Shown piece after piece: positions 27,454-36,880 of a stretch of DNA of 64,000 bases (the first letter of the stretch is position 1; each line of letters opens with the position of its first letter). The position numbers were made by a program, and so were the translations under genes. Source of the stretch: Ignavibacteriaceae bacterium (GTDB lineage: Bacteria > Bacteroidota > Ignavibacteria > Ignavibacteriales > Ignavibacteriaceae); NCBI GenBank assembly GCA_046704255.1, contig JBJKSH010000164.1:1465-65464 (forward strand). Reading direction: 5' to 3'. The notes beneath the pieces were generated by a model. The model was not told the origin of the DNA, made no database searches, and worked only from the letters and a program-made list of their open reading frames with translations.

Positions 27454-28143
27454 TTAAAATTCGGAATTTAGAGTAGAGAACAGTTTTGAATCAATATTCA
27501 TATTTTCAAAGTATAATTCGATTGCTTTTAAAGTAGTACCGGCAGGCGAGGTTCCTTCCCTTCTTCCGTCGTGCAAAAGGACAACTTTACCGGCTGTAAT
27601 TTCTTTTTGAAGTATTTTATTTAACTCGACGTTTTCTTTGTCATAATCACGCGAATCTACATTCCAGTGAACAAAAGTAAATTTGTTAATCCAAATATAC
27701 AACAGACTGAAACAATTCAGCTTGCCGTAAGGCGGTCGTACATAGCGTGTGCATATTCCAAGGCTTTTTAATATTTTTTCTCCTTCGGAAAGCTCCCGCA
27801 TTGTTTTCCAAGGAAAAGACTTCCACGGATGATAGTGGCTGCTGCCGTGAACACCGATTGAATGTCCTTCATTTATTATTCTTTTAATTAATTCCGGATT
27901 TTCAAGAGCATTTCTCCCTAATACAAAAAACGTTGCTTTTATATCATGCTTTTTTAAAATGTTAAGCAGCTCGCCGGTAGACGAACTGTCCGGCCCATCG
28001 TCAAAAGTTAAAAATATTTTCCCGGATGATTCTGCGGATTTCAAAAATGAATTTTTCCATGTTAATTTGACAAGATGAGGCAAAACAAAATTCAACAGAA
28101 CAAATATTGCAAATAATATAAATAGTATTAATAAATAATTCAT
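27454..28143 (-). CDS. Polysaccharide deacetylase (CE4/NodB domain) with N-terminal membrane anchor
   Basis: FLTFDDGP, HGSSHYHP and RPPYG motifs of the NodB homology domain. Hydrophobic N-terminus. Confidence 0.85.
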   Translation of the reverse strand: MNYLLILFILFAIFVLLNFVLPHLVKLTWKNSFLKSAESSGKIFLTFDDGPDSSSTGELLNILKKHDIKATFFVLGRNALENPELIKRIINEGHSIGVHGSSHYHPWKSFPWKTMRELSEGEKILKSLGICTRYVRPPYGKLNCFSLLYIWINKFTFVHWNVDSRDYDKENVELNKILQKEITAGKVVLLHDGRREGTSPAGTTLKAIELYFENMNIDSKLFSTLNSEF

Positions 28144-28158
28144 TACTCTAAATTGAGA

Positions 28159-29421
28159 TTAATTTGCTCCGCTCGCCCGTGGAATAACTGACAGCTTTCT
28201 GGAAGTATTTTTGTTTATAACGAAAGTGTGAGATGTAAGTTTTTCTATAACTCCAATGTAATTTCTTACCATTGTAGACCAGTTGATATGCTTATATGCC
28301 AGTACAGCCTTGTTAACTTTTTCTTTAATAATAACGGTGCCGGATAAAATATTATTTAATACACCGGCAAGGTTATCGGAATCGTTCTGGTTAAAATAAA
28401 TTATTTGCTCCTCATCGAAGATAGTGCGCATAGAAGGAAGATCCGATGCAATTACCGGCAGCTTAAGCGAGACATATTCAAATGTTTTTGTTGAAAGAGC
28501 AAGATCCATAAAACTATCACTTATATACGGAACAATACCAAAATCGGAATTCCTTATTATTTCGCTTATGTTTTCCAGTGGCACGTAATCATGAAAAAAT
28601 ATATTGCCGGTAAGATTATTTTCTTCTACCTGACTAAGCAGCTTCTCTTTATAATCATTTTGATAACTGCCGTATATATCAAAACGAATCGAAGGACAGT
28701 TTACTTTTAACTTTTTAACAGCATCTATTGCAACATGAATACCGAATCTTTCGGCAACAGTTCCGTGGTATAAAAACCGCGGGTTTTCTTTATTGAACGA
28801 CCAGGTTGTTTTAGGCTTACTAAAAATATCCGGATCGGCCGTATTAAATATTAATGTAACCTTCTCTTTTCTTACTCCCCTGTTTAGCAGGCATTTTTCA
28901 AAACCGTAACTTGTAGTAATAAGAGAATCTGAAAACGCCCAGGACATCTTTTCCACAAGCCCGACCAAAGGTAGGAAAAATCTTTTTATTCCGTTATTCC
29001 ACCTGGATTTGAACAACTCTGTCATAACATCATGCAAATCCAATAGTACCGGGGTTCCTTTAAGCTTTTGAAGAACTGCTGCAAACACAAGGAAATCCGG
29101 CATGTTATGTACCTGTATAACCGAATATTTATTTTCAGAGGAAAGTTTATTGATGAAAAGAAAAGACTTGAGAAGGAACCGAATGGTTAACAAAATATAT
29201 TTTGCAATATTATCTTTTGTATGTCCTTCCAAAATTCTAAAAACTCTTATACCTTTAAAATATTCTATTTTCGGCTCTTTTGGGGAACTCATACAAATAA
29301 TATCGACACGATACCCGTTTTTTACAAGTGCTTCTGCTTCTCTCCTTACCCTGGGATCGCTGGGGTAGTGAGATAAAACCAGCATAAGCACCTTTTGCGA
29401 ATTTAATTTATATGACTTCAT
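28159..29421 (-). CDS. GT4-family glycosyltransferase
   Basis: GT-B layout. STKTFEYVSLKLPVIASD C-terminal motif. Confidence 0.7.
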   Translation of the reverse strand: MKSYKLNSQKVLMLVLSHYPSDPRVRREAEALVKNGYRVDIICMSSPKEPKIEYFKGIRVFRILEGHTKDNIAKYILLTIRFLLKSFLFINKLSSENKYSVIQVHNMPDFLVFAAVLQKLKGTPVLLDLHDVMTELFKSRWNNGIKRFFLPLVGLVEKMSWAFSDSLITTSYGFEKCLLNRGVRKEKVTLIFNTADPDIFSKPKTTWSFNKENPRFLYHGTVAERFGIHVAIDAVKKLKVNCPSIRFDIYGSYQNDYKEKLLSQVEENNLTGNIFFHDYVPLENISEIIRNSDFGIVPYISDSFMDLALSTKTFEYVSLKLPVIASDLPSMRTIFDEEQIIYFNQNDSDNLAGVLNNILSGTVIIKEKVNKAVLAYKHINWSTMVRNYIGVIEKLTSHTFVINKNTSRKLSVIPRASGAN

Positions 29422-29453
29422 AATTACATTTAATTGTTTTTGAAATACAATTT

Positions 29454-30623
29454 CTATACTAAAGTTTTATAAAAATTAATTAACATGGATTCGGAATGTT
29501 TCCACAAAAAATTTCGCATTACTCTTTGATGCCCTCTATAACCATAGCTGTATCCCACTTCCGGATTGTCTATTACATAAAGAATTTTATGTGCAAAATC
29601 ATTAACATCTTTTGCATACAAACCGGAATCTTTTGCCATAACCATTGTTTCATCAAGTTGAAATGCAACAAACGGCTTACTTAACTTCATATATTCAAGA
29701 ATCTTAATCAATGTTAAATATTCGTTCAAACCGTTTCGCTGGTCGGGTGCAAGACAAACATCAGCCAGTTCTATATATTCCATAACTTCGGAAGCATTTA
29801 CCAGTCCGGTAAAATCTATATATTCCTTTACATTTAATTTAGATGAGAATTCCTGCAGCTTGTCCTTTACTTCCCCCTCGCCCACAAGAACAAATTTAAT
29901 TTCTCTTCTATTAAATTTATTTATTATTATATCGGCTGCTTCAATAATAACTTCTACATTATCATTAACGGTCATAAGTCCTACAAACAATGCAACCTTG
30001 TAGCCGGTATACTTTGTATGAAGTGCTTGATTAAATTGAGCTTTAAAATTACTTTTCGGACCGTTATAAACTATAGCGCAGGGTTTATCTTTAAGCCAGG
30101 CTTTACCCAAAAGCCTGTTTCTAAAAGTCTCGTTAGCAACAATAATTCCGGAAGAAAATTTAACAGTCATCCTTTCGGAGAAATCAACAAATCTTCTAAT
30201 TAAAGGATTGTTAAATTTTATCCTAAACATTAATGTGGCCAAATCATGCTGATCATATATAAATTTTACCTTGAAAAAATAAAGGAAAAAAGCCAACGGC
30301 CAGAAAAAGTCCGGCGGATTAGCGACATGAACAGCTTTTATTTTCTTAAACAGAACAAGGTACAAACTGAAAAAATAAATTTTTGTAAGAGAGGTTAAAT
30401 ATTCAAAAACAAATCCCAAGATAGTTCCGTTTGATTTATTGTCTTTATATCGCAGTACATGGATATTGTCTATATTTTCCCGCCTTTCCGAATCGATACT
30501 GGAACGCGGGCTTATAACAAAAACTTCGTAACCATGGCTTTGTAGTGATGCTGCTTCTTTATAAACCCGGCTGTCCCACGGAAAGGAATTGTTCTGAACG
30601 ATCAATAAAATTTTTTTCATCAT
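29454..30623 (-). CDS. GT4-family glycosyltransferase
   Basis: MKKILLIVQN N-terminus and LIKILEYMKLSKPFVAF motif. Confidence 0.7.
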   Translation of the reverse strand: MMKKILLIVQNNSFPWDSRVYKEAASLQSHGYEVFVISPRSSIDSERRENIDNIHVLRYKDNKSNGTILGFVFEYLTSLTKIYFFSLYLVLFKKIKAVHVANPPDFFWPLAFFLYFFKVKFIYDQHDLATLMFRIKFNNPLIRRFVDFSERMTVKFSSGIIVANETFRNRLLGKAWLKDKPCAIVYNGPKSNFKAQFNQALHTKYTGYKVALFVGLMTVNDNVEVIIEAADIIINKFNRREIKFVLVGEGEVKDKLQEFSSKLNVKEYIDFTGLVNASEVMEYIELADVCLAPDQRNGLNEYLTLIKILEYMKLSKPFVAFQLDETMVMAKDSGLYAKDVNDFAHKILYVIDNPEVGYSYGYRGHQRVMRNFLWKHSESMLINFYKTLV

Positions 30624-30629
30624 ATAAAA

Positions 30630-33146
30630 TTATATAGCAGCGGAAAATTTATTTTTTTTCTTTTTGCCTTTTGAAGGTTTGTAGGCATATTTATAACCGT
30701 ACCCGTAGCCGTACTTATATCTGAATGCTGACTTTTCCAAATCGCATGCATTTGCCACAACCCCTTGTATTTTTATTTTTTCTTTTTTAATCTCATTTAT
30801 TCCCCAGTATACACTGTCACTTAATGAATAATTATATCTTACTACCAATACAAGGTTATTAATTAGTTTGCCAAGAATAAGAGAATCAACAACTCTGGTA
30901 ATCGGCGGAGTATCAATTATAACATAATCATATACGCTGGATTTCAAAGCATCAATAAGATATCCGGTTCTTAAAGATTGGAACAACTCGCTGGAATTTT
31001 CATTAACATCGCCGGCTGGCAGTATGCTTAATAATTTATTCGCAGAAGATTGCCCGAATATATTGGAAATATTCATTACAGGTGCGGCTTTTAATTCCTT
31101 TTCCAGAAAGGTACTTAACCCGGGAAAATCCCGCGGAATGCCGAACAGGTCAGACAACCCGCATCTTTTCAAATCCGCATCAACAATTAAAACTTTTTTA
31201 TGAGCGGCAACAAGAGTTAATGCCAAATTGGCAACCATAGTTGTCTTACCGCTGTTCTCTTCAAAGCTGGAAAAGACAATTAACTTGTTCGGGTTTTTCG
31301 GATTCATAGTAAGCTTTGCACCAAGTACTTTATAGGATTCCACTATCCCCGGGTGCTCTGCGGAAAGTACCGGAAACCTGTCTTTAAAATTATCCGAACT
31401 ATTAATTTTGTTTAAAACTTTTGGCGGGAATGCCGGAATAATGGAAAGCAAAGGAAGTCTTAATTTATCTTCTACCTCTTCAAGCTTTAGAAACTTTCTT
31501 TCTTTTAATTCCCCGAATGCAACATAAGCCAGTGAAATTACTCCCCATAAAAATAAACACAACAGAATTGTTATATTCTTGTTTGGGGAAACAGGGTTCA
31601 CCGGCAGCGAAGCAGGATCTACAACTACAACATCCTGTAGCTGAGCCAATTCCTTCGCTTTAAGTTCTTCTCTCCTGTCCATAAGCATATTAAATATTTT
31701 TTCTGTTACATCTTTATCCCTCAGCAAGCCGGCCAATACTGTTTCTTTGCCGGGCAAGTTTTTTATTTGCGATTTATATTTTGCTATTAAACCGTTTAAT
31801 TTTATATCCTTTTCTTTAAGAGAATTAATAATTATGCTATAGGCCGAAAGAGTATTTTGATTATAGCTGCTTAACTGCCTTTTAATTTGTGCAATTTGAT
31901 TATTGATACTAATTACATCGGGATGCTGCTCTGTTTCTTTCTGAAGAAGTTCTATCTTTTTTACTTCCAGATCGGATAACTGCTGAAGCAAAGATGAAAA
32001 TGCTCTTTGATCTGTAGCGGTTTGCGACGGCGACAAATACGTTTGATCAAAATATCCTTTGGAATCATACAAACTGTTTAACTGTCTTTCTTTTTCTTCG
32101 TATTGGCCAAGCTGAAGTTCGTTACTAACCTTTTCGGCTTCCAGGCTGCTTAAAGCATTTACGGCATTAGTAGAGTTCTGGTCTATATTAATAATCCCGG
32201 TTGAAGCCTGATAATTACTAAGCTTGCTTTCGGTTGTTTTTAATTTCTTAGACATCTCAGCTAACTGGGAATCGATGGATGCATAGGAAGATTGTGCATT
32301 TTCTCTTTGCTGTTCTGTTCTTGTTTGCCTGAACATATTTACTACCGTAGAGGCTAATAATTGAGCATTTTCAGGTGACTCATCCTTTGCTTTAATTTCC
32401 ATTAAGTTTGTTGTGCCCTTTTGAGCTACGGTAATTTTATTGTTAAGTAATTCGAATGCACTTATATCATTATTTACAACAAAATAAAATTTAACGCCTT
32501 CCTGTGCATCCGGCCAATAAAATGTTAAGGTAAAATCACCTGCATTAATTTCAATCAAATTGTTCTGTGCTGCCGAAGCAACCAGAACATTAGAATTTTT
32601 CTCAACACTATATAAATCTATCCTGCTGTTTTCTCCTTCGGTTATAAAGAAGCTGTTTGTATTATCTATTGTGTTGTATTGAAAACCTACAATTTGCGGA
32701 TACCCGGCTCCGTGCAGATGCTGATTGCCAAGCCAGGCATTATAACCCGAAATAGATTTATTAATATTTTCCGTCTTTCCGTCAGGCAAAACAATTTTTT
32801 GAATAATAAGATTTAACTTTAATTTCTTTACAACTTTGTCAAGTACACTTCTTGTTTTTACCAATGCCATTTCGGTATTTATGTCATCCATAGATTCCAA
32901 TGCCATTAAACTCTTATAAGGATCCTGGTTAGAAGTGGTTTGGTTATCTACTTTTTTTAACAGCACGGAAGATTCATAAATTTTTGCGGCGGTTTTAAGA
33001 TAGATTATTCCTGCAGCAATTATTACAATAAAAGATATTATTAAAAATAACTTCCTTTTATAAATTGCACGGAACAGATCACCTGTGTTATTTTTACCGG
33101 TATTAGACTGGCTCCCGGATAATTCTTTTAATTGATCGTAGTTCAT
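30630..33146 (-). CDS. wzc: Wzc/GumC-type polysaccharide co-polymerase fused to a BY-tyrosine autokinase
   Basis: N-terminal TM, long coiled-coil periplasmic region, second TM. Walker A SGKTT, Walker A' LIVDADLKR, Walker B YDYVIIDTPP. C-terminal Tyr cluster RYKYGYGYGYKYAY. Confidence 0.9.
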   Translation of the reverse strand: MNYDQLKELSGSQSNTGKNNTGDLFRAIYKRKLFLIISFIVIIAAGIIYLKTAAKIYESSVLLKKVDNQTTSNQDPYKSLMALESMDDINTEMALVKTRSVLDKVVKKLKLNLIIQKIVLPDGKTENINKSISGYNAWLGNQHLHGAGYPQIVGFQYNTIDNTNSFFITEGENSRIDLYSVEKNSNVLVASAAQNNLIEINAGDFTLTFYWPDAQEGVKFYFVVNNDISAFELLNNKITVAQKGTTNLMEIKAKDESPENAQLLASTVVNMFRQTRTEQQRENAQSSYASIDSQLAEMSKKLKTTESKLSNYQASTGIINIDQNSTNAVNALSSLEAEKVSNELQLGQYEEKERQLNSLYDSKGYFDQTYLSPSQTATDQRAFSSLLQQLSDLEVKKIELLQKETEQHPDVISINNQIAQIKRQLSSYNQNTLSAYSIIINSLKEKDIKLNGLIAKYKSQIKNLPGKETVLAGLLRDKDVTEKIFNMLMDRREELKAKELAQLQDVVVVDPASLPVNPVSPNKNITILLCLFLWGVISLAYVAFGELKERKFLKLEEVEDKLRLPLLSIIPAFPPKVLNKINSSDNFKDRFPVLSAEHPGIVESYKVLGAKLTMNPKNPNKLIVFSSFEENSGKTTMVANLALTLVAAHKKVLIVDADLKRCGLSDLFGIPRDFPGLSTFLEKELKAAPVMNISNIFGQSSANKLLSILPAGDVNENSSELFQSLRTGYLIDALKSSVYDYVIIDTPPITRVVDSLILGKLINNLVLVVRYNYSLSDSVYWGINEIKKEKIKIQGVVANACDLEKSAFRYKYGYGYGYKYAYKPSKGKKKKNKFSAAI

Positions 33147-33168
33147 TTGTTGTTAACCTGTGCTAACC

Positions 33169-33783
33169 TTACTTGCGGTTGGTATAAATTATGGCTGCTA
33201 GAATGGAAGTAACTGCACTTACCACAGAAATAATTATTGTTGTGTTGCTGCCGTTAAGCCACTTCCTGGAAATAAAAATTTGATCACCCGACTGCAACCC
33301 GATATCATCAAGCTTACTGCCCTTTTCAATAATTTTTTTACCGTTTATTTTAAATTCTTTATCTTTTCTTGTTATATAAATATTGGTCAAGTCGGCTTCG
33401 GTAGTTGTACCGCCTGCTTCGGCAATTAAGTCAGATAATTTTTCAACACCGGTTACATAATAATATCCCGGTTTATTAACCTGCCCAAGAATATTTATCT
33501 TGATTAAAGGAAGAACTGTAATCTCGGGATTGCGGTACAGCTTGCTGTACTTACCGATAATTTCCGACCTTACGCTGTCAATATTTTTATTTGCAGCAGC
33601 AATTTGGCCAAGGTACGGCAGGCTGATATCGCCGTTGTCCTGGATATAATAATCACCGGTTATATGATCCGAAATGTTGTAAAATATAATTTTAACACCG
33701 TCTCCCGGTAATAAAGTTTGGGCTTTACTTTTAACACCAAGAACTAAAGTTAACACAACTAATAAATATATAATCTTTTTCAT
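33169..33783 (-). CDS. wza: Wza-type polysaccharide export protein (Poly_export + SLBB)
   Basis: Signal peptide, PGDGVKI motif, SLBB-like LSDLIAEAGG, C-terminal hydrophobic helix. Immediately upstream of wzc. Confidence 0.8.
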   Translation of the reverse strand: MKKIIYLLVVLTLVLGVKSKAQTLLPGDGVKIIFYNISDHITGDYYIQDNGDISLPYLGQIAAANKNIDSVRSEIIGKYSKLYRNPEITVLPLIKINILGQVNKPGYYYVTGVEKLSDLIAEAGGTTTEADLTNIYITRKDKEFKINGKKIIEKGSKLDDIGLQSGDQIFISRKWLNGSNTTIIISVVSAVTSILAAIIYTNRK

Positions 33784-33815
33784 CTTAACCTCTAGAAGAG
33801 CATATAATAATCAAT

Positions 33816-34292
33816 TTACACAACAACATTTTCTTTAATGACATGTGCAGGAACCCCGGCAACAATTGATTCCGGGGGAACATCTTTAGTAACAACAGCA
33901 CCGGCACCAACAATTGCATTCTCACCTACCGTAATTCCGCATAAAATTGTAGCCGAAGAACCAATCGATGCTCCTTTTTTTATAAATGTTTTTACAACTT
34001 TCCAGTCATCTTCTGTTTGAAGTCCGCCCGAAGAATTTGTAGAACGCGGATACTTGTCGTTTATAAATGTTACATTGTGGCCGACAAAAACTTCATCTTC
34101 AATATCCACACCTTCACAAATAAAAGTATGAGACGAGATTTTGCAGTTCTTCCCTACGGTTACGTTTTTCTGTATTTCCGTAAAGGAACCGATCTTTGTA
34201 TTATCGCCTATAGTGCAGCCGTAAAGATTTACAAAGTTGAATATCTTTACGTTGCTGCCAAGCTTTACATTATTTATTATTTGATTTTCCAT
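33816..34292 (-). CDS. Hexapeptide N-acetyltransferase (WbpD/WlbB-like)
   Basis: 158 aa made almost entirely of LbH repeats. Adjacent to a Gfo/Idh/MocA oxidoreductase and near a DegT aminotransferase. Confidence 0.7.
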   Translation of the reverse strand: MENQIINNVKLGSNVKIFNFVNLYGCTIGDNTKIGSFTEIQKNVTVGKNCKISSHTFICEGVDIEDEVFVGHNVTFINDKYPRSTNSSGGLQTEDDWKVVKTFIKKGASIGSSATILCGITVGENAIVGAGAVVTKDVPPESIVAGVPAHVIKENVVV

Positions 34293-34312
34293 AAATATCC
34301 TTTAGATAAAAA

Positions 34313-35368
34313 CTATCCCACTTTTTGAAACGGAATTGCTGAATGATAATGAAATTCCATTCCGGGAATTAGCTCTACAAGCAGCCCTCTGTTTTTAATA
34401 GATTTACTGGAGGCTTCCAGGATCTTTACTACTTCCAACCCGTCATTTCCGTTGGTTAGCGGCTCTCTTTTTTCAATTATAGAATCTAGAAATTCTTTTG
34501 CTGCAAGACTAAGTGCTTCGGTTTGTTCTATCCTCGGCGAATACATATCCCCGATTCTGTATTGAACCAATGCATTGTGTAAACCTTCCGTAGTGGAAAT
34601 ATCAACACCGCTGTCAAAAATTTTTATTTTTTCGGAATTTTCCATATCATCGAACAGAAGCATTTTATCTCTGCCTGCAATAATCATTTTTCTAATTTTT
34701 ACGGGAGAAGTCCAGTTTACATGAAAATGTGCAAAGCAGGAACTGTTTTCAAAGTGTAAAGATAACTGCGCAAGATTTTCAATTTCGCCGTAGTTGGAAA
34801 TACCGACTGCCGTTACTGCAGTTACCTTTTTATTCGGAATAAGATAATTCATAATCGAAAGATCGTGCGGGGCAAGATCCCATATAACGTTTACATCATG
34901 CTGAAACAATCCTAAATTTACTCTAACGGAATCAAAATAATTTATATCGCCAAGTTCGCCGTCTTCTATAAGCTCTTTCATCTTTTTAACGGCGCCCGTA
35001 TATAGAAAGGTATGATCGACAAAAATATTTAAATTTTTTGAAGATGCAATTTTTATTAATTCTTTTGCCTCAATTGATGTACTAGTAAAGGGTTTTTCAA
35101 TCCAAACATGTTTACCTGCATTTAAGGCTTCTTTGGCAAGCTTAAAATGCGTACTTACAGGTGTTGCAATTGCCACGGCGTCAATATCCTTTTCCAAAAG
35201 ATCTCTATAACCGGTAACAAGCTCCACGGAAGGAAATCTTGACTTTATAAATATCAATCTGTCCTCCTTCATATCGCAGGTATATACTTTTTCCACTAGA
35301 TGCTGCGACAGGAAATTTCTAACTAAATTGGGCCCCCAATAACCCAAACCAACTATACCTATTTTCAT
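34313..35368 (-). CDS. Gfo/Idh/MocA-family sugar-nucleotide oxidoreductase (WbpB/GnnA-like)
   Basis: Rossmann N-terminus KIGIVGLGYWGPN, WIEKPFT motif, 351 aa. Confidence 0.75.
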   Translation of the reverse strand: MKIGIVGLGYWGPNLVRNFLSQHLVEKVYTCDMKEDRLIFIKSRFPSVELVTGYRDLLEKDIDAVAIATPVSTHFKLAKEALNAGKHVWIEKPFTSTSIEAKELIKIASSKNLNIFVDHTFLYTGAVKKMKELIEDGELGDINYFDSVRVNLGLFQHDVNVIWDLAPHDLSIMNYLIPNKKVTAVTAVGISNYGEIENLAQLSLHFENSSCFAHFHVNWTSPVKIRKMIIAGRDKMLLFDDMENSEKIKIFDSGVDISTTEGLHNALVQYRIGDMYSPRIEQTEALSLAAKEFLDSIIEKREPLTNGNDGLEVVKILEASSKSIKNRGLLVELIPGMEFHYHSAIPFQKVG

Positions 35369-35393
35369 TTTTCCTCCGAATTTCTTAAAAGTT

Positions 35394-36833
35394 TTATTCC
35401 CCGCCGCGTTCTAATATCATTACGGGGATTGTTTTAATTACAAGCTGTAAATCTAGCCATGGAGACATGTTATTTATATAATAAAGATCTAAAATGATAG
35501 ACTCGTTAAAAGAAACCGAACTTCGGCCCATTACCTGCCAAACGCCTGTACATCCGGGTATTACATCAAATCTTCTTTTCTGCCAGTTGTCGTAGTTATC
35601 GTACTCATAAGGTAAGCAAGGCCTGGGGCCAACTAAACTCATTTCGCCTTTTAATACATTAAAAAGCTGCGGAAGTTCATCAAGAGACATTTTACGAAGG
35701 ATGCCGCCGATAGGTGTAATCCTTTTCCTGTTTATTACTTTTTTCCCGTTGCCCTTTTCTCCTTCTCCTTTTATAAATTTTAACATTTCTTCTTTTCGCT
35801 CTTCATCCTCCCCTTTTACAACGTACATCGACCTGAATTTATAGAAGGTAAAAGGTATTCCGTTTTTGCCTATTCTTTTTTGTTTAATAATAACAGGTCC
35901 TTCGGATGTAAACTTTATAAGAAAGGCTATTACCATAAAAAAAGGTGAAAGTAAAAATATAACCGCACTTGCAACAGCAACATCAAAAATTCTTTTTACA
36001 TTGAAAAACAATTTATTGGAATAATTCGGCGACATATTTATTACGGGAAGGTCGAAATATTTTTCCGTGTAAACTTTTTGCGGAATTATGTTAAATAGGT
36101 TGGAAGTAATTTTTACATTAAGGTTTGTCTCCCTGCACAGGTCTATTAAATGAAGCAGCTCTTCATAATCATTGGTTTCTTTTACAATTAATATCTCTTC
36201 TACCTTTTCGGTATTTACAATATTTTTTATATCGGAATACTTACCGAGAATTTTTTTACCGTTAATAACTTCTTCGCCGATATTTTTGTCATCATCTACA
36301 AAACCGGCAATATTTATTCCCAACGGGTTTTCGAATGTTATTTTTGCCGCAAGCATCCTACCGGCTTTTCCGTTACCGACAATTAGAATATTCTTCTTAA
36401 ACTGCTTGCTCTTAAATCTTACATAAATTCTTCTTAACAGTTCAACTCTTAACAAATAAAAAATTATAATTGAACTTAATCCAAAGGCTGCTGTTAAAAT
36501 AAATACTTGTTGAACTTGCAGTCGGGGAATAAATATTGAGGAAAGAATTGTGATTACGGCAATATACCATTCTGATTTAAGCAAAGCGGTTAAATGCGCT
36601 GAACGTACTATAATTGTATTAATCTTATAAAGATTGTTTACTGAAAAGACAAAGAGAGAAATAAAAATTATAATAGCTGAAGCAAACCAAAAAGTAGTAC
36701 TTAAAGTTCCGCTTTTAACGGATGTTACATCCGGAATGGTCTTAGTAATTACCAGTGCAGTAATAATTGCAAAGATTATTACTGCAATATCCGATGCCGC
36801 AAAGAAGTACTTATATTTTGGGTGCTTTGTCAT
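35394..36833 (-). CDS. Polyprenyl-phosphate glycosyl-1-phosphate transferase (WbaP/EpsB-type priming enzyme)
   Basis: Four to five N-terminal TM segments, a central Rossmann-like region, and a C-terminal bacterial sugar transferase domain with LDELPQLFNVLKGEMSLVGPRP. Confidence 0.85.
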   Translation of the reverse strand: MTKHPKYKYFFAASDIAVIIFAIITALVITKTIPDVTSVKSGTLSTTFWFASAIIIFISLFVFSVNNLYKINTIIVRSAHLTALLKSEWYIAVITILSSIFIPRLQVQQVFILTAAFGLSSIIIFYLLRVELLRRIYVRFKSKQFKKNILIVGNGKAGRMLAAKITFENPLGINIAGFVDDDKNIGEEVINGKKILGKYSDIKNIVNTEKVEEILIVKETNDYEELLHLIDLCRETNLNVKITSNLFNIIPQKVYTEKYFDLPVINMSPNYSNKLFFNVKRIFDVAVASAVIFLLSPFFMVIAFLIKFTSEGPVIIKQKRIGKNGIPFTFYKFRSMYVVKGEDEERKEEMLKFIKGEGEKGNGKKVINRKRITPIGGILRKMSLDELPQLFNVLKGEMSLVGPRPCLPYEYDNYDNWQKRRFDVIPGCTGVWQVMGRSSVSFNESIILDLYYINNMSPWLDLQLVIKTIPVMILERGGE

Positions 36834-36880
36834 TTGTTCACATTAATAGTTTTATATAACCGGAAAATTCAAACAACATT

